A stretch of DNA of 63,698 bases, filler included, from Octopus bimaculoides (GCF_001194135.2; 5 parts of 5 records of this genome joined end to end with filler, not necessarily neighbours in it); one strand, 5' to 3'. Shown: positions 49,956 to 63,414, counted from the first letter of the whole stretch. Numbers and translations: made by a program. The notes: a model not told the origin generated them from the sequence alone.

Positions 49956-50124
49956 GTCTTTCTTTCTTTCTTTCTTTTCTTTTTCTTTTACTTTTCTCAA
50001 TAATCTTTTATTTTGATATTTTAATGGAGTCAAACGATTGCTGTTAAATCTAAAACATTGAAATAGAAATTGATATTCTCCATATTCAATTCCCTTTTTC
50101 TCCATTCCTGTTAATAGAATGGTT

Positions 50125-50209
<85 letters not shown>

Positions 50210-50419
50210 ATATTTCACTTAAATCATTTAAATATTAGTTTTTCTTTTTTTTTTGTGAAGCTAATTACATTAAAAAAAACCCATTTTCTAGTGGACTCAT
50301 ATTATTTTGGGGTGTGTTCATACACACACACACACACACATAGTATATTATATTGTATTATCTTATATTACATTATATTTAGTGAGCGTCCATGTTTCAG
50401 CCCCGTATAGAAGAGCAGA

Positions 50420-50541
50420 CTCAACTGTTGCCAGAAGCAACCTCGCTTTCAATTTCCTGGCTCACTTTGAACTCCGCCTTTTTCAGTACTTTGAAGAAGC
50501 AGTTGGATGGTTGTTATATGAGGGTGCTTAGAATGGCACTC
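50420..50541 (+). mobile_element. Second RTE-like LINE fragment in the opposite orientation
   Basis: TLKKQLDGCYMRVLRMAL (50488-50541) matches the RTE motif TL.K.LDG.Y.RMLR.AL; upstream RSNL...ELRLFQ is weaker. Confidence 0.6.
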
Positions 50542-50802
50542 TTTCAAGCCTAAGTATGTCCCCAGCAGTCACAGCCCATGTTTCACTGCAGTTTACACAC
50601 ATGCAGTTTACACACATGCATCATACAGTCTGCCTTTCACTCTGAGCGAGAGGCCCTTTGTTGCCAGCAGAGGTAGGAGCTCTCTGAACTTTGCCCAGGC
50701 TATTCTTATTCTAGCAGCTACACTTTCAGAGCAACCACCCCCACTACTGACTTGGTCACCTAGGTAATGGAAGCTATCAACTACTTCTAGTTTTTCCCCT
50801 GG

Positions 50803-50803
<1 letters not shown>
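50540..50803 (-). mobile_element. RTE-clade LINE fragment (RT C-terminal/thumb region)
   Basis: GEKLEVVDSFHYLGDQVSSGGGCSESVAARIRIAWAKFRELLPLLATKGLSLRVKGRLYDACV..SETWAVTAGDILRLER (YLG and SETW motifs). Carries a 15-bp tandem duplication near 50587-50620; (CA)n at its 5' side. Confidence 0.9.
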
Positions 50804-50865
<62 letters not shown>

Positions 50866-51301
50866 GGTGCAGTAAATAAATTGTCATCTAAATTACTCAT
50901 AAATGAAAATAACACATCACATGACCAAACCAATGCAATCTTCTCTCTTGCACATTTTCTGGGAATCTGAGAAAACATTGGCTCTTATTGGGTCAGAAGT
51001 TGATGCTATCGAGTGATGCATATATTGATGAACATAACAGAGTCTGGCTTCAGACCTTGTCTCCTGCCAAAAGACTCTCTCATGACTGACTCACTTAACC
51101 AGGCATCAGGAACGAATGGCTAAACTTATGTTTATTGTGATTGGACAATTTCAACATTAATTATCGTAATTGAAATCCAATAAAATGCTGATGTAATTAC
51201 TTTTCCCACTTCCAGTTTCTGTTTGTCAATAAAAATATGATTGTTATTCTTCACCAATTTATGAACAGCAAATATATCACATCATCATCTCATTGTAGAA
51301 G

Positions 51302-51625
51302 AGAAAACAAAGTTCCTATGTGGTAAAAGTCAAGATTAAAATAATGGAATTTGCCAAACAAAACACAAACTGTGCAACAGAATTGAAATTTGGTATTAAT
51401 CATCAGATCTCTTCACAGTTGGTGGAAATACTGAGAATTATATTGGTTTCATATGATGGAATATAAGCCAAATTGAAGGAATGAATTTTAGAACTTCTTT
51501 CTAATGGCTTGTATATGTTATGCATGCAGCTCTTCTTTTGTGCTTTGCCGGTCACTAAGGAAATGGGGCACAGTAAATTTAAAGCATCAAACAGCTTGCG
51601 CTTCAGGAATAGACACAGTTTCTTC
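51302..51625 (+). mobile_element. pogo-like (Tc1/mariner) transposase N-terminal relic
   Basis: RKQSSYVVKVKIKIMEFAKQNTNCATELKFGIN (Brinker/psq-like HTH), then KEMGHSKFKASNSLRFRNRH (CENP-B HTH FKASxGWL..F..RH); frameshifted. Confidence 0.7.
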
Positions 51626-52646
51626 TCCCAGACATAGTAAATTCTTGTCACACAGGAATTCTCAATGGTGTGCATTTGAATAAACATGCATGCTGGCAAT
51701 GTTTTGGCTGGAAAGATTTTCTGCAAGTGAAACAAACACAACATGTTTTGCATAGATTATTTTTTCAATGAAATTAGCTGTTCATGATATTCCAAATTTC
51801 TAACACCGTTTTTAAAAGAAGATCAAAACAAAAACCCAGAGATTAGGAGAATGAGAAAGGGAAACCATCGAAAGAGTGGCATTATAAGCAGGGTTATTTG
51901 GTGCCAACCAAGATTTTCATATTTGGCTTTCAGACACTGCTTCCTGGTGTGTTTCAGTAAGAAATTCCAGTGATTTCATGTTATTATGATCAACATTATC
52001 AACCAGACATTCTTGCGATGAATGTCTGAAGGACATCAGTTTCTGTGGAGTTCCATAAGTGCGTGATGGTCAGAGCAAAAGAATTTCTTGGGGATTTTAG
52101 AAAGAGGCAGAACCAAGGAATTAAGGAATTCTTTTCGAAATCATATAAAGGGTGGATTTGATTCTGTTGCACAGAATTAAGCAAATGTCTTCCAAAATAG
52201 GGTTTTGTTGCCTGACATTTTGGGAATGGAATTTGGGAGATGGAAACTGCTCCCATCATGCATGCGTGTGTGTGTATGTGTGTTTGTGTGTGTGTGTGTG
52301 CACACAGTGTGTGCATGTGTGTGTATATATTTATGTATGTATGTGTGTCTGTTTCTATGTATGTGTATGTGTGTGTGTGTGTAAGGCATTAGGTGTACGT
52401 AAAAGATTCAAGTATAAATATTATAAATAAAACAATGAAACAAAAATGTCAGCCAAAAGTTAATGACATTATTTTCTTTTAAAATTCATTTTTTATTCTT
52501 TTGGATCCCCCAAAATATACAAAAAGACTTAAATCTACACACACACACACGTGCACTTATGCATTTGCTTCACTGAGTACGTGCAGACATCTGTGTATAT
52601 ATTTGGTTGGAATTCTTGGAAATTGGTGACACAGAATTAAGCACAG

Positions 52647-52710
<64 letters not shown>

Positions 52711-52750
52711 GGAGAGAAGAAAGACAGACAGTCAGGTGAACAGCCATACT

Positions 52751-52783
<33 letters not shown>

Positions 52784-55700
52784 GCGGACAGACAGGCGGA
52801 CAGACAGACAGAAAATCTGACAGACAGGCAGACAAACAAACAGACAGACAAGGTTTCAGTATGAGTGAGGGAGCAACTGTTGCAATGAATGAAGTTTAGG
52901 GAATATAAAAATGCAGAAAGAGATAAGCAAAGACATTGGTGATTCCTTTTAGAAGGATCGGAGGAGGATAAAGCTTTGTAGCAGATTGAAAGAATACATA
53001 CAGATTCTCTCTTTGCTTTCATTGTAGCTTGTTAAAGACAGACACACTGGAAAACAATTTGCCCTGTGGGCTTTTAAAGCATTTCCACAGATATCAAACC
53101 TGAAATGTTGAAGTCCCCCAAGTCAAATGCTTAAACAATTGAAGCAGGGAGGTCCTTAAAGTCAAGGCTACTTTCCAAGAATGGTTTCTCTTTTCATGAG
53201 GTTTGCGATTCAGGGTATGTGAGGAGTTGGTGGCAAAGATAGCAAGTTTGTTTGTTGATGTTATGCTAAATACCAAAAAATGGCTTTTAACCCACAACAA
53301 TCTTCCATTCCCACTTTGCACTCCCTAAACACACTCACAGACACACACACATATAGATATGCATACATACATATATACATATATATGTATGTATGTAAAG
53401 TATGTATGCATATATATTCTTTTGAAATAGAAAGCAAAGGGCTCACAGCTAGCTCCCTTAAATTTTAAGGTCTATAACAGATGTTAGTTTCTTTGCAAAA
53501 CATTTTTGATGCTTCTCTTAACACACAGAGCTATGGCCACGTTTACACATCATATAAACAAACACGTATGCGCATACGGATCTATCTGTCTACTCATCTT
53601 TGTATATATCTAGATCTGTAAATTTTTATATATGTGCCAATGTATCTATGTATGTATGTATATGTGTGTATGTGTGTGTGTCTGAGTGCTTGTGTGTGTG
53701 TATACACACACACACATACACGCACACACATATTCTCTCCAAAGAATAAGATGGATGATGATAAAAAAAGCAAATTTCTTTGGTGAGTAAGAATGTCCAT
53801 CCGAACATAGGTCAGTGGTTCTGTGGCTTAAAAGGACTCAGAAAGGCAAACCAATTTGTAAAAAGCACCCACTACACTCTTGGAGTGGTTGGCTTTACGA
53901 AGGGCATCCAACTGTAGAAACATTGCCAAATCAGATTGGAACCTGGTGCAGCCTCTTGGCTTGCCAATCCTTAGTCAAAGCACCCAACCCATGCTAGCAT
54001 GGAAAGTGGACGTTAAACGATGATGATGATGAACAAAATATTTGTCTTTGTTGACAATGCCGTTATCCTTTTTTTTTTTTTTTGAGGTATATTCAAATTG
54101 TCAGAAATAATTCTTAGTTCTGAATACAATGGAATCGTGTGAATGTTCTGGCTGCAGTTTTTATGCAATGAAGATTTGAACACCAAGTGATAAATGTTTA
54201 AGTGAAGAAATTAACAGTTCTTGAATGGCTGATATATGTCGTCAATATTGTAATTGTGTTAACTTCAACAAATGGTCTCAGGTCACTTGCCTGACAAAGA
54301 ACACCTCAGAGAATATTTGTCATTTAAGGTAAAAACAATGAAAATAATTAATATCATCTTGGTTATAGCTTTTTCTACAACTATCATTGAAGGAATGGAC
54401 TGAATAAAACAAGATGGAACATGCTGTACGATGGGCTTCAGTACAGTTTCTTGCTACTAAATTCCACTTTATGATGTCAGTCAACCAGAGGTTATAGAAG
54501 AGACTTGCTCAAGATTCCATGCTGTAGGACAAAATCTGGAACTACATTACTATGAAGCAAACTTGTTAAACATTGTTGCATCTATACTTTTGTGTGTGTG
54601 TGTGTATACACACACACACACAGATATCTGTGGATATTAATCAGCATAGCTCCAATGACCTTCAATGGACATAAATGTCAGAATCCGTTGTGTTTGTATC
54701 TATATTTAGTAACATCCTGAAACCACAGAATGAATTTGATGCCATAGTTACTAAAAATAATGCTGCACATGGCAACACACATCTGTCTCTGCTTGCATGC
54801 ATCATTATATGCATACATACATAAATATATATGTGTGTGTGTGTGTATACATACATACATACAGACTTATATGTCTGTGTTAACTACATCCCAAAGATGG
54901 AGCCTTGTCTCTTTCTTGGAAACCGGCTTCCTCCTCAGTGGAACAGACTTATGTATGCACACATCTATATATAACTGTATTAGCATACATGAATATAAAT
55001 ACACACACACACACATGCAGAAATAGCCATGCACACACACAGTGTTTACCTATCCAGTCTCTCTTTCTGTCTGTCTGTCTATAAATTTATTCATATATCT
55101 GTCAGTTATCTCCCACCCCTCTCTCTCTCTCTGTCACTCTCCGTTTGTCTGTCTGTCTATTTCTCTTTCTTTCTCTCTCAGTCTTTCTCTCCCTCCCCCA
55201 CCCCACTGTTTCTGTGACATGGAGTTTGTCTCAATATTGTGAAGTAGTTTTTTTAAGATACCAACCATGTGAGTTGCAATGCTGTTGTTTTACCCTAGGT
55301 CAACCTTGATCAAGCAGACCTATGATCAAAAGCAATCCGACTGTGACCATCCCACCTTAATGTTAGAAACTACATCACCTAATGTATCTTTCTTCATTGA
55401 AGAGGGTCAGATGTGATTTGAGAGAGATTTAGCTGAATTGTTAATTGCAATATAGTATTGTGAGATGACGATGTGAGTTGTGCTGCAGTATGGGCACCAA
55501 CATCACTGAGTTGTTCTCTTCACAATGATGTGGTCCTGGTTTCAATTCCAGTGCTTGGTATCTGGAAGAAGTGTATTCTGCTGTAAACTCAGGCTCACCT
55601 GAACCTTGTGAGTGGAACCAGGAAAATGGAAACTGTATGGCCCAATTGGTCAATGGACTGTACTTGGGTTCCAAGGGACCACCCTTCTCATGCACTCTAC

Positions 55701-56199
55701 TTTTATAAGAGACTTAGTAAGTGATTTATATGGTTATTTGATCTGCTACAGATAGCAGCTAAATCTCCCTCAAATCATACACTACTAGATTAAAAACAAA
55801 ACATAAATTAGGTAACGTAGTCCAAGATGCACTATGCCTAAATAAAAGATGGGATGGTCATTGTTATAATGTTGTTGGTCATACATCTCCTCAATGAAAA
55901 GAGACAAGCAGCTACACCAAGGGATTGTAGTATTATTTAACCCCAAATCAACTCCAATTCAGCAAACCTACGACCAATCCTATTTCAGTTATCAATTTCC
56001 TTTTTTTTTTGTGTTTTGTATATTTTTGCCAGTGTGATTTGCCATTTCTTTTTAGATAATGCATCATGATTTAAGAGTTCTTCACTGCAATGTCTTTCCA
56101 TCTGAGCAGCTGTGTATGGGTTAGCTCATAAAGATTGTCCTGCATACATGTCAGTCTTTCAATCAATGGTCCCAGTTGGTGTAGTATGTGTCTTGCTGT

Positions 56200-56450
56200 G
56201 TCTTCCGCTAAGGCCGGAAATAACTCAAGGCCGGAAATAACTGCAGAGTTATTTCCAGCCTTAGCGCGCCAGATTGAAGACATTTGAAGGGATACACTGA
56301 ATGTAATTTGTAGAACTCTACACGTGCTCTATTTCGGGTGGACTTCTTATGTCTAGTTCTGGAAATTATATTTTTAAATCGACAGAATACGCTGATGATC
56401 CTGCAGATATTTACATACGTAAATTTTAACAGGTGAAACCATGGTACGTT
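56200..56450. promoter_or_regulatory. Candidate CpG-retaining promoter with repeated ETS-like CCGGAA sites
   Basis: CTTCCG at 56202-07; CCGGAAAT twice (56214, 56231) inside an inverted repeat; CACGTG at about 56321; lies where CpG-depleted sequence ends. Confidence 0.3.
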
Positions 56451-57041
56451 GGTTAATCGTTTTTTTTTTTTTTAGTATTTTTTCATTTGTCTTGCCCCTT
56501 TTACAGTCTGTTGTGTCGCTAATTTTTTACTGAGAACATATTTCTTCGTGGTTAGATGATTCGGCATCTATTTCTAGCATATAGGAGTCCACTTTTGCTG
56601 GTCATTCCTCTTATTTTTGTATGTATGTATANNNNNNNNNNNNNNNNNNNNNNNNNNNNNNNNNNNNNNNNNNNNNNNNNNNNNNNNNNNNNNNNNNNNN
56701 NNNNNNNNNNNNNNNNNNNNNNNNNNNNNNNNNNNNNNNNNNNNNNNNNNNNNNNNNNNNNNNNNNNNNNNNNNNNNNNNNNNNNNNNNNNNNNNNNNNN
56801 NNNNNNNNNNNNNNNNNNNNNNNNNNNNNNNNNNNNNNNNNNNNNNNNNNNNNNNNNNNNNNNNNNNNNNNNNNNNNNNNNNNNNNNNNNNNNNNNNNNN
56901 NNNNNNNNNNNNNNNNNNNNNNNNNNNNNNNNNNNNNNNNNNNNNNNNNNNNNNNNNNNNNNNNNNNNNNNNNGAGAAGTATATAATACAAGCAGAGAAA
57001 CTTGAGAAGTGAAGTTTAAACACAATTCATGTGTCTGAGAG

Positions 57042-57074
<33 letters not shown>

Positions 57075-57765
57075 CAGACAGACTATATTTGTATATGGGG
57101 GTGTTTGTGTGTATGTGTCACTGTGTATAACTGTGTGTGTCAGTTTGCATGCATTGCATGTCTCTATATGTATGTGTGTCTGTCCATATATGAGTGTGTG
57201 ACTGTTTCTGTGGATATATATAAATATATATATATTCACGCACACACACACACAGAGATATAAAAGAAGTTTTTCATTGTATACAGGCGTGTATGTGTGT
57301 GTGTATACGTGTGTGTGTACGTGTGTGTGTACGTGTGTGTGCATATGTGTCTGGTATGTATGAATACATGACTGCCTGTACATTATGCATATGTAAAAGT
57401 TTATGTGTGCGTATCTGACTGGATATGTGTGAGTGTGTGTATTTATATATGTAACATCTTGTATGGATGTTACTGCGCTTATATTGTCATCGTGTAATCA
57501 CCATCGTCATCAACATTATTGTTGTTGCTACTATTGTCATCGTTTTAATATCCATTTTATGAGATCCTTCTAGAGATATCACAAAATTCATTGGGGAATA
57601 TTGTCTATGGCCAGGTGCCTTTCCTGTCACTAACTTTCATTTGTTTTCAAGTTAAATAATATTTCCGCCTCACTTTTGAGTACTGACAGCCCAATGCCAA
57701 AACACACACACACACACACATACATGTGTATACATGTATATATATGGGTGTATATCTACATGTAT

Positions 57766-57796
<31 letters not shown>

Positions 57797-58155
57797 CTGG
57801 AGCACCACCTTGAAGAATTTCTTTAGTTGAATGCATTGAGCCTGGTACTTGTTTTTTCTTTAAGCCTGGTACTCTTTCAGTCTCTTTGCTGAACCGCTAA
57901 GTCATGCACACACAAGCACCCCAACACACGTGTATCCGTGTGGATGTTGTAGATACGTTTCTCTCCATTTTGAGAATCCAAAATGAAGAGAAAAATACTT
58001 CAACAACAGAATTGGCCCAAGAACAGAATGGATTCATTCTGATAATGAACTCCCCTCCTCCTCCTCCTCCTCCTGGTCTTCCTCCCACTCATTCCTCCCC
58101 TTCTGCTTTAGCTGTTTTTTTTCTTATCCTCCTCCTCTTCCTCACATACCACACC

Positions 58156-58255
58156 NNNNNNNNNNNNNNNNNNNNNNNNNNNNNNNNNNNNNNNNNNNNT
58201 TAATTAATTAANNNNNNNNNNNNNNNNNNNNNNNNNNNNNNNNNNNNNNNNNNNN
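58156..58255. other. Artificial scaffold linker 4
   Basis: 44N + TTAATTAATTAA (58200-58211) + 44N. Confidence 0.95.
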
Positions 58256-58492
58256 AAATTTGCCCCAAAATAAATCACATACTCTTTTTAACTTTTGTCT
58301 ATCTTTATAGGAGGAGACACGAAGCAGTAGGAAGTTTTCTTTATGAAAGTATTTTTCGTAAAAGAATCTATACCATCTAATAAAAGAGGTTTCATTTTTT
58401 TCTGCCTTTTTTCTTTCGACAGCAGTGAATGAGTGAATAACAACAACGAAATCAACAAAAACAGAAGCAACAACAACAACAACAACAACAAC

Positions 58493-58549
<57 letters not shown>

Positions 58550-58559
58550 NNNNNNNNNN

Positions 58560-58629
<70 letters not shown>

Positions 58630-58828
58630 TGATGATAAAGATAATAACACCAACAATGATAATTACAATATTGATGATGATAATATTAGTAATATCTGCA
58701 TATTTGTACCCCAGTGGCACTTTGGAGGCATGCATTGCTATCTCACTCAATAACAATAATAATAAATATAATAATAATAATAATAATAATAATATTAATA
58801 ATAATAATAATGATAATGATAATAATAT

Positions 58829-58894
<66 letters not shown>

Positions 58895-58937
58895 TAATAA
58901 TAATAATAATAATGATAATAATAATAACAACAACAAC

Positions 58938-58975
<38 letters not shown>

Positions 58976-59454
58976 AAACAACAGCCATTGCCTGGTACTG
59001 CATCAGGGCATTTGTTATTATTATTATTAGTAGGAGTAGTATTATTGCAGTTGTTGCTGTTATTGTTTTTTTTGTTATTGNNNNNNNNNNNNNNNNNNNN
59101 NNNNNNNNNNNNNNNNNNNNNNNNNNNNNNNNNNNNNNNNNNNNNNNNNNNNNNNNNNNNNNNNNNNNNNNNNNNNNNNNNNNNNNNNNNNNNNNNNNNN
59201 NNNNNNNNNNNNNNNNNNNNNNNNNNNNNNNNNNNNNNNNNNNNNNNNNNNNNNNNNNNNNNNNNNNNNNNNNNNNNNNNNNNNNNNNNNNNNNNNNNNN
59301 NNNNNNNNNNNNNNNNNNNNNNNNNNNNNNNNNNNNNNNNNNNNNNNNNNNNNNNNNNNNNNNNNNNNNNNNNNNNNNNNNNNNNNNNNNNNNNNNNNNN
59401 NNNNNNNNNNNNNNNNNNNNNNNNNNNNNNNNNAGGAACTTCGGTGACTAATAC

Positions 59455-59455
59455 A

Positions 59456-59492
<37 letters not shown>

Positions 59493-59660
59493 CATCGCTT
59501 GGCATCTGATGCTAGCATGTTTACGTCCCTCTAACTTAGCGGTGCGGCAAAAGGGCCGATAGAATAAGCACGAGGATTACAAAGACTAAGTCCTGGGAGC
59601 GATTTACTCGACTAAAGGCGGTGCTCCAGCAAGGCCGCAGTCAAATGACTGAAACTAAAG
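59455..59660 (+). mobile_element. SINE B2 segment
   Basis: CATCGCTTG..ATGCTAG..TTTACGTCCC..TAACTTAGCGG..GGCGGTGCTCCAGC..GCCGCAGTCAAATGACTGAAAC. Confidence 0.8.
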
Positions 59661-60048
59661 AATACAAGTGTATACACACACACACGCATACACACACACA
59701 CACGCACACACACACACACAAATACACACACACACAACAGGTTTCTACCCGGCCAGCGAGCATGTACAGTAGAAGACGCTTGTGTTAGGTGTCATGCAGT
59801 AGGACTGAACCCGAAACCGCGTGGCTACAAAGAATGAGAAATGATCTCTTTTTTTTTGCAAAATCTGCAAATATTAAAACGATTTCTCTGGATAGTAATG
59901 AATTATTTCTTCAATAATTTGTCGAATTTATTAATATCTGGCTCATGCTTCACTTGCCAAGATGATCACCATTTCGATTTTTGCTTAGAAACATCTAGCA
60001 ATATCATCAATCCGAAAAAAACAACAACAACACATATACACTTCTAAG

Positions 60049-60145
<97 letters not shown>

Positions 60146-60257
60146 CAATAATAATAATAATAATTATAATAATAATAATAATAAAAATAATAATAATAAT
60201 AATAGTAATAATAGTAATAATAATAATAGTAATGATAATAATAATAATAACAACAAC

Positions 60258-60312
<55 letters not shown>

Positions 60313-60426
60313 GTAATAATAATAAAAATAAGGACTGTCGCTGCTGCTACTATTTCCCATAAGATGAAAAATACATCTGTAACAACAACTGTTAGGAATA
60401 AGATCAGCAGCTGCGGTGCTAGTTGC

Positions 60427-60482
<56 letters not shown>

Positions 60483-60516
60483 CAGCAGCAGCAGCAATCG
60501 TAGTAGTAGTAGTAGC

Positions 60517-60561
<45 letters not shown>

Positions 60562-60567
60562 TGTAGC

Positions 60568-60602
<35 letters not shown>

Positions 60603-60787
60603 CAGCAGCAGCAGTCGTAGTAGTAGTAGTTGTAGTAGTAGTAGTAGTAACTACGATGGGGAGAACTACTATTACAACTTTAATTTCTACTACCACTACT
60701 ACGATTAACAATAGGGATAACAATGATGATGATGGTGATGATGATGATGATGATGATGAAGAAGAAGAAGAAGAAGAAGAAGAAGAA

Positions 60788-60819
<32 letters not shown>

Positions 60820-60905
60820 AGAAGAAGACGGAGGGGAAAATGGAGGAGGAGAGATAAGAATACTAACAAGAATAAAGATACAATAGAAATAATAATAATG
60901 CTAAC

Positions 60906-60943
<38 letters not shown>

Positions 60944-61088
60944 TAACAACAACAACACTAATAACCATAATGATGGTGACGATGACGAAAGAGTAATAAC
61001 AATACAACCAACAATAGAGCAGCAATGAAGATGAAGAGGAACAGGAGTAGGAGATGATAATGATTATGATGATGTAATAATAATAATG

Positions 61089-61129
<41 letters not shown>

Positions 61130-61148
61130 CATTATAATAATGATGATG

Positions 61149-61212
<64 letters not shown>

Positions 61213-62071
61213 TTCTTTTTTTCTCGCTGGCTGCCATTCATTATTTATTTTAATGATTAGCAAATTATTTGACAAGAATTAAATTGGCTTTTCTTATTTC
61301 TTGAGGGCACTTAATTAGTAAGTAATAGCTATAGACGGCATCGATCATCATCATCATCAGCATCCTCATCATCATCATCGTCATCATCATCATCATCATC
61401 ATCATCGTCATCATCATCATCATCATCATCATCGTCATCATCATCATCATCATCATCGTCATCATCATCATCATTGTCATCATTATCACCACTATTATCT
61501 TCATCATAGTGATAACCGTCATGATAATCACCATCACCATCATTAACAGTATCATACTAATTACAATGGGTCTCAGCATCTTCCTAATTATCATCATTTT
61601 CATCGGTAGCATCTTCATCAGCATCGTCATCAACGTTGTCCTCATCATCTCAAGTCTTCATCTCCTCTTCATCCGCTTCATATGCAATACTATCGTTTTC
61701 ACCGCCATAATTATCGCCATAGTTTTTAACATCACCACTATCTCCATCGTCGTCATCACATCATCATCAATATCATCATCAACATCATCATCATTATTAC
61801 CAAAACCATCAACGCCACCACCACCACCACCACCACAATCACCACCACGACCATCATCATCATCATCATCTTCATCATCACCACCATCTTCATCATCATC
61901 ATCATCATCACCAATGTTACTATCTTTCACGTGATCCCTTTTCATTCATTTACCACAACTTCCACCTATTCCTCGTCGTTCCAACTGCCACCGCTACACC
62001 CACCAATTCCCAGCAGTATCTTTGTGTATATTACGTCGTTACATTCCATAGAACAGGATATATGTATATAT

Positions 62072-62138
<67 letters not shown>

Positions 62139-62283
62139 TACACATATAAGCATCACCAACATGCTCAAGTTAAAGATCGTCACGATTATCTAAATCCTCA
62201 TAAGTCATCAACTCCATCTTGCCCATTATAGTCGCCGTAGTTGCTGTCTTCTTCGTCGTTGTCATCATCTCATCATCATTATC

Positions 62284-62315
<32 letters not shown>

Positions 62316-62414
62316 CATCATCATTATCACCCCCATCATCTTCAGGAACATTAACATCATTAACTTATTTCGCATTATCCACATGATCGTTGCCAATATG
62401 GCCATCAGTTTCCG

Positions 62415-62550
62415 AATACCAAATGCACTCACAAGGCTTTGGTCGGCCCGAGGCTATAGTAGAAGACACTTGCCCCGTGTGCCACGGAGTCGGACTGAAT
62501 CCAGAACCATATGGTCGGGAAGCAATCTTCTGGTGAAACGGCCACACTTG
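62415..62550 (-). mobile_element. SINE B1 copy (CpG-retaining)
   Basis: CACTCACAAGGCTTTGGTCGGCCCGAGGCTATAGTAGAAGACACTTGCCC. Confidence 0.8.
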
Positions 62551-62857
62551 CGCGTATTAGAATCATTAACAAATATATTTACTGGCAGCGTAGCGACGGT
62601 TAAAGAACTACTAACTATAATTACGATGACAAGGAATATACAAATATTGGAATAAAAATAGAATGAAATGTATAGATTTTATTAGAAGGAATTTTCATTA
62701 AATTTGTTTCCAAATTCTAAATCGATTAACCGAAGTGAATGCCCGATAAGGATCTCCAAACATTTTATTCTGGGACCAAGACAAAACGGAATAATAAGAA
62801 TCATACACACTACATTTACAACTGATACAATTGCTAATGATGATGATGGTGATGATG

Positions 62858-62923
<66 letters not shown>

Positions 62924-63414
62924 GTAATATATTTATGATAACACAAATAGTAATAACAACAATGACAATAATGATAACGAATGATGATGATGATGATGAT
63001 GATGATAATGATGATGATGACGATAACGATGACGATGACGATGACGATGATGACGTAGAAGAGGAGGAGGTTGGCAATGATAAGGATAAGGATAAAGTGC
63101 GAAGAAATTTATCGGGAAAAGATCGAGAAAAGATCGGAAACTTAAAATCAATAATAGTATTAAAGCGATAAACTTAAAGACATTTAATGGAGGCAAATTT
63201 CGCTGGAGTTATCATTTAACATCAATAAAAATGCGAACGCGGATGATGTATGCCCTCGTAACTGTAAGGGTTTGTATGTTCTAGCAAATTCTAGTCCACG
63301 TGTCTGTAATAGTGTTACTGTTTTGATAAGAAGGTTATGCATGTTATTGTAAAGCGGATTGCAGCTTACGTTCCTGTGGTCACGGGTTGACAATCAGATA
63401 CTCTTCGGGATGTG

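Larger units (their letters stand above)
58430..63065. repeat. About 4.6-kb compound microsatellite field (AAT, AAC, CTA, TAG, CAG, GAT, GAA, CAT, TA)
   Basis: Directly visible. Confidence 0.97.

Noticed and set aside
56071-56283. 70-aa minus-strand ORF MSSIWRAKAG...
   Set aside because: Its N-terminal third is the ETS-site palindrome; no homology recognised; short enough to occur by chance.
583-59518. Long ORFs in the track made of X runs or homopolymeric I/L/Y/H/S/T/N/CV/HT tracts
   Set aside because: They run through N gaps or microsatellites that lack stop codons; no coding evidence.
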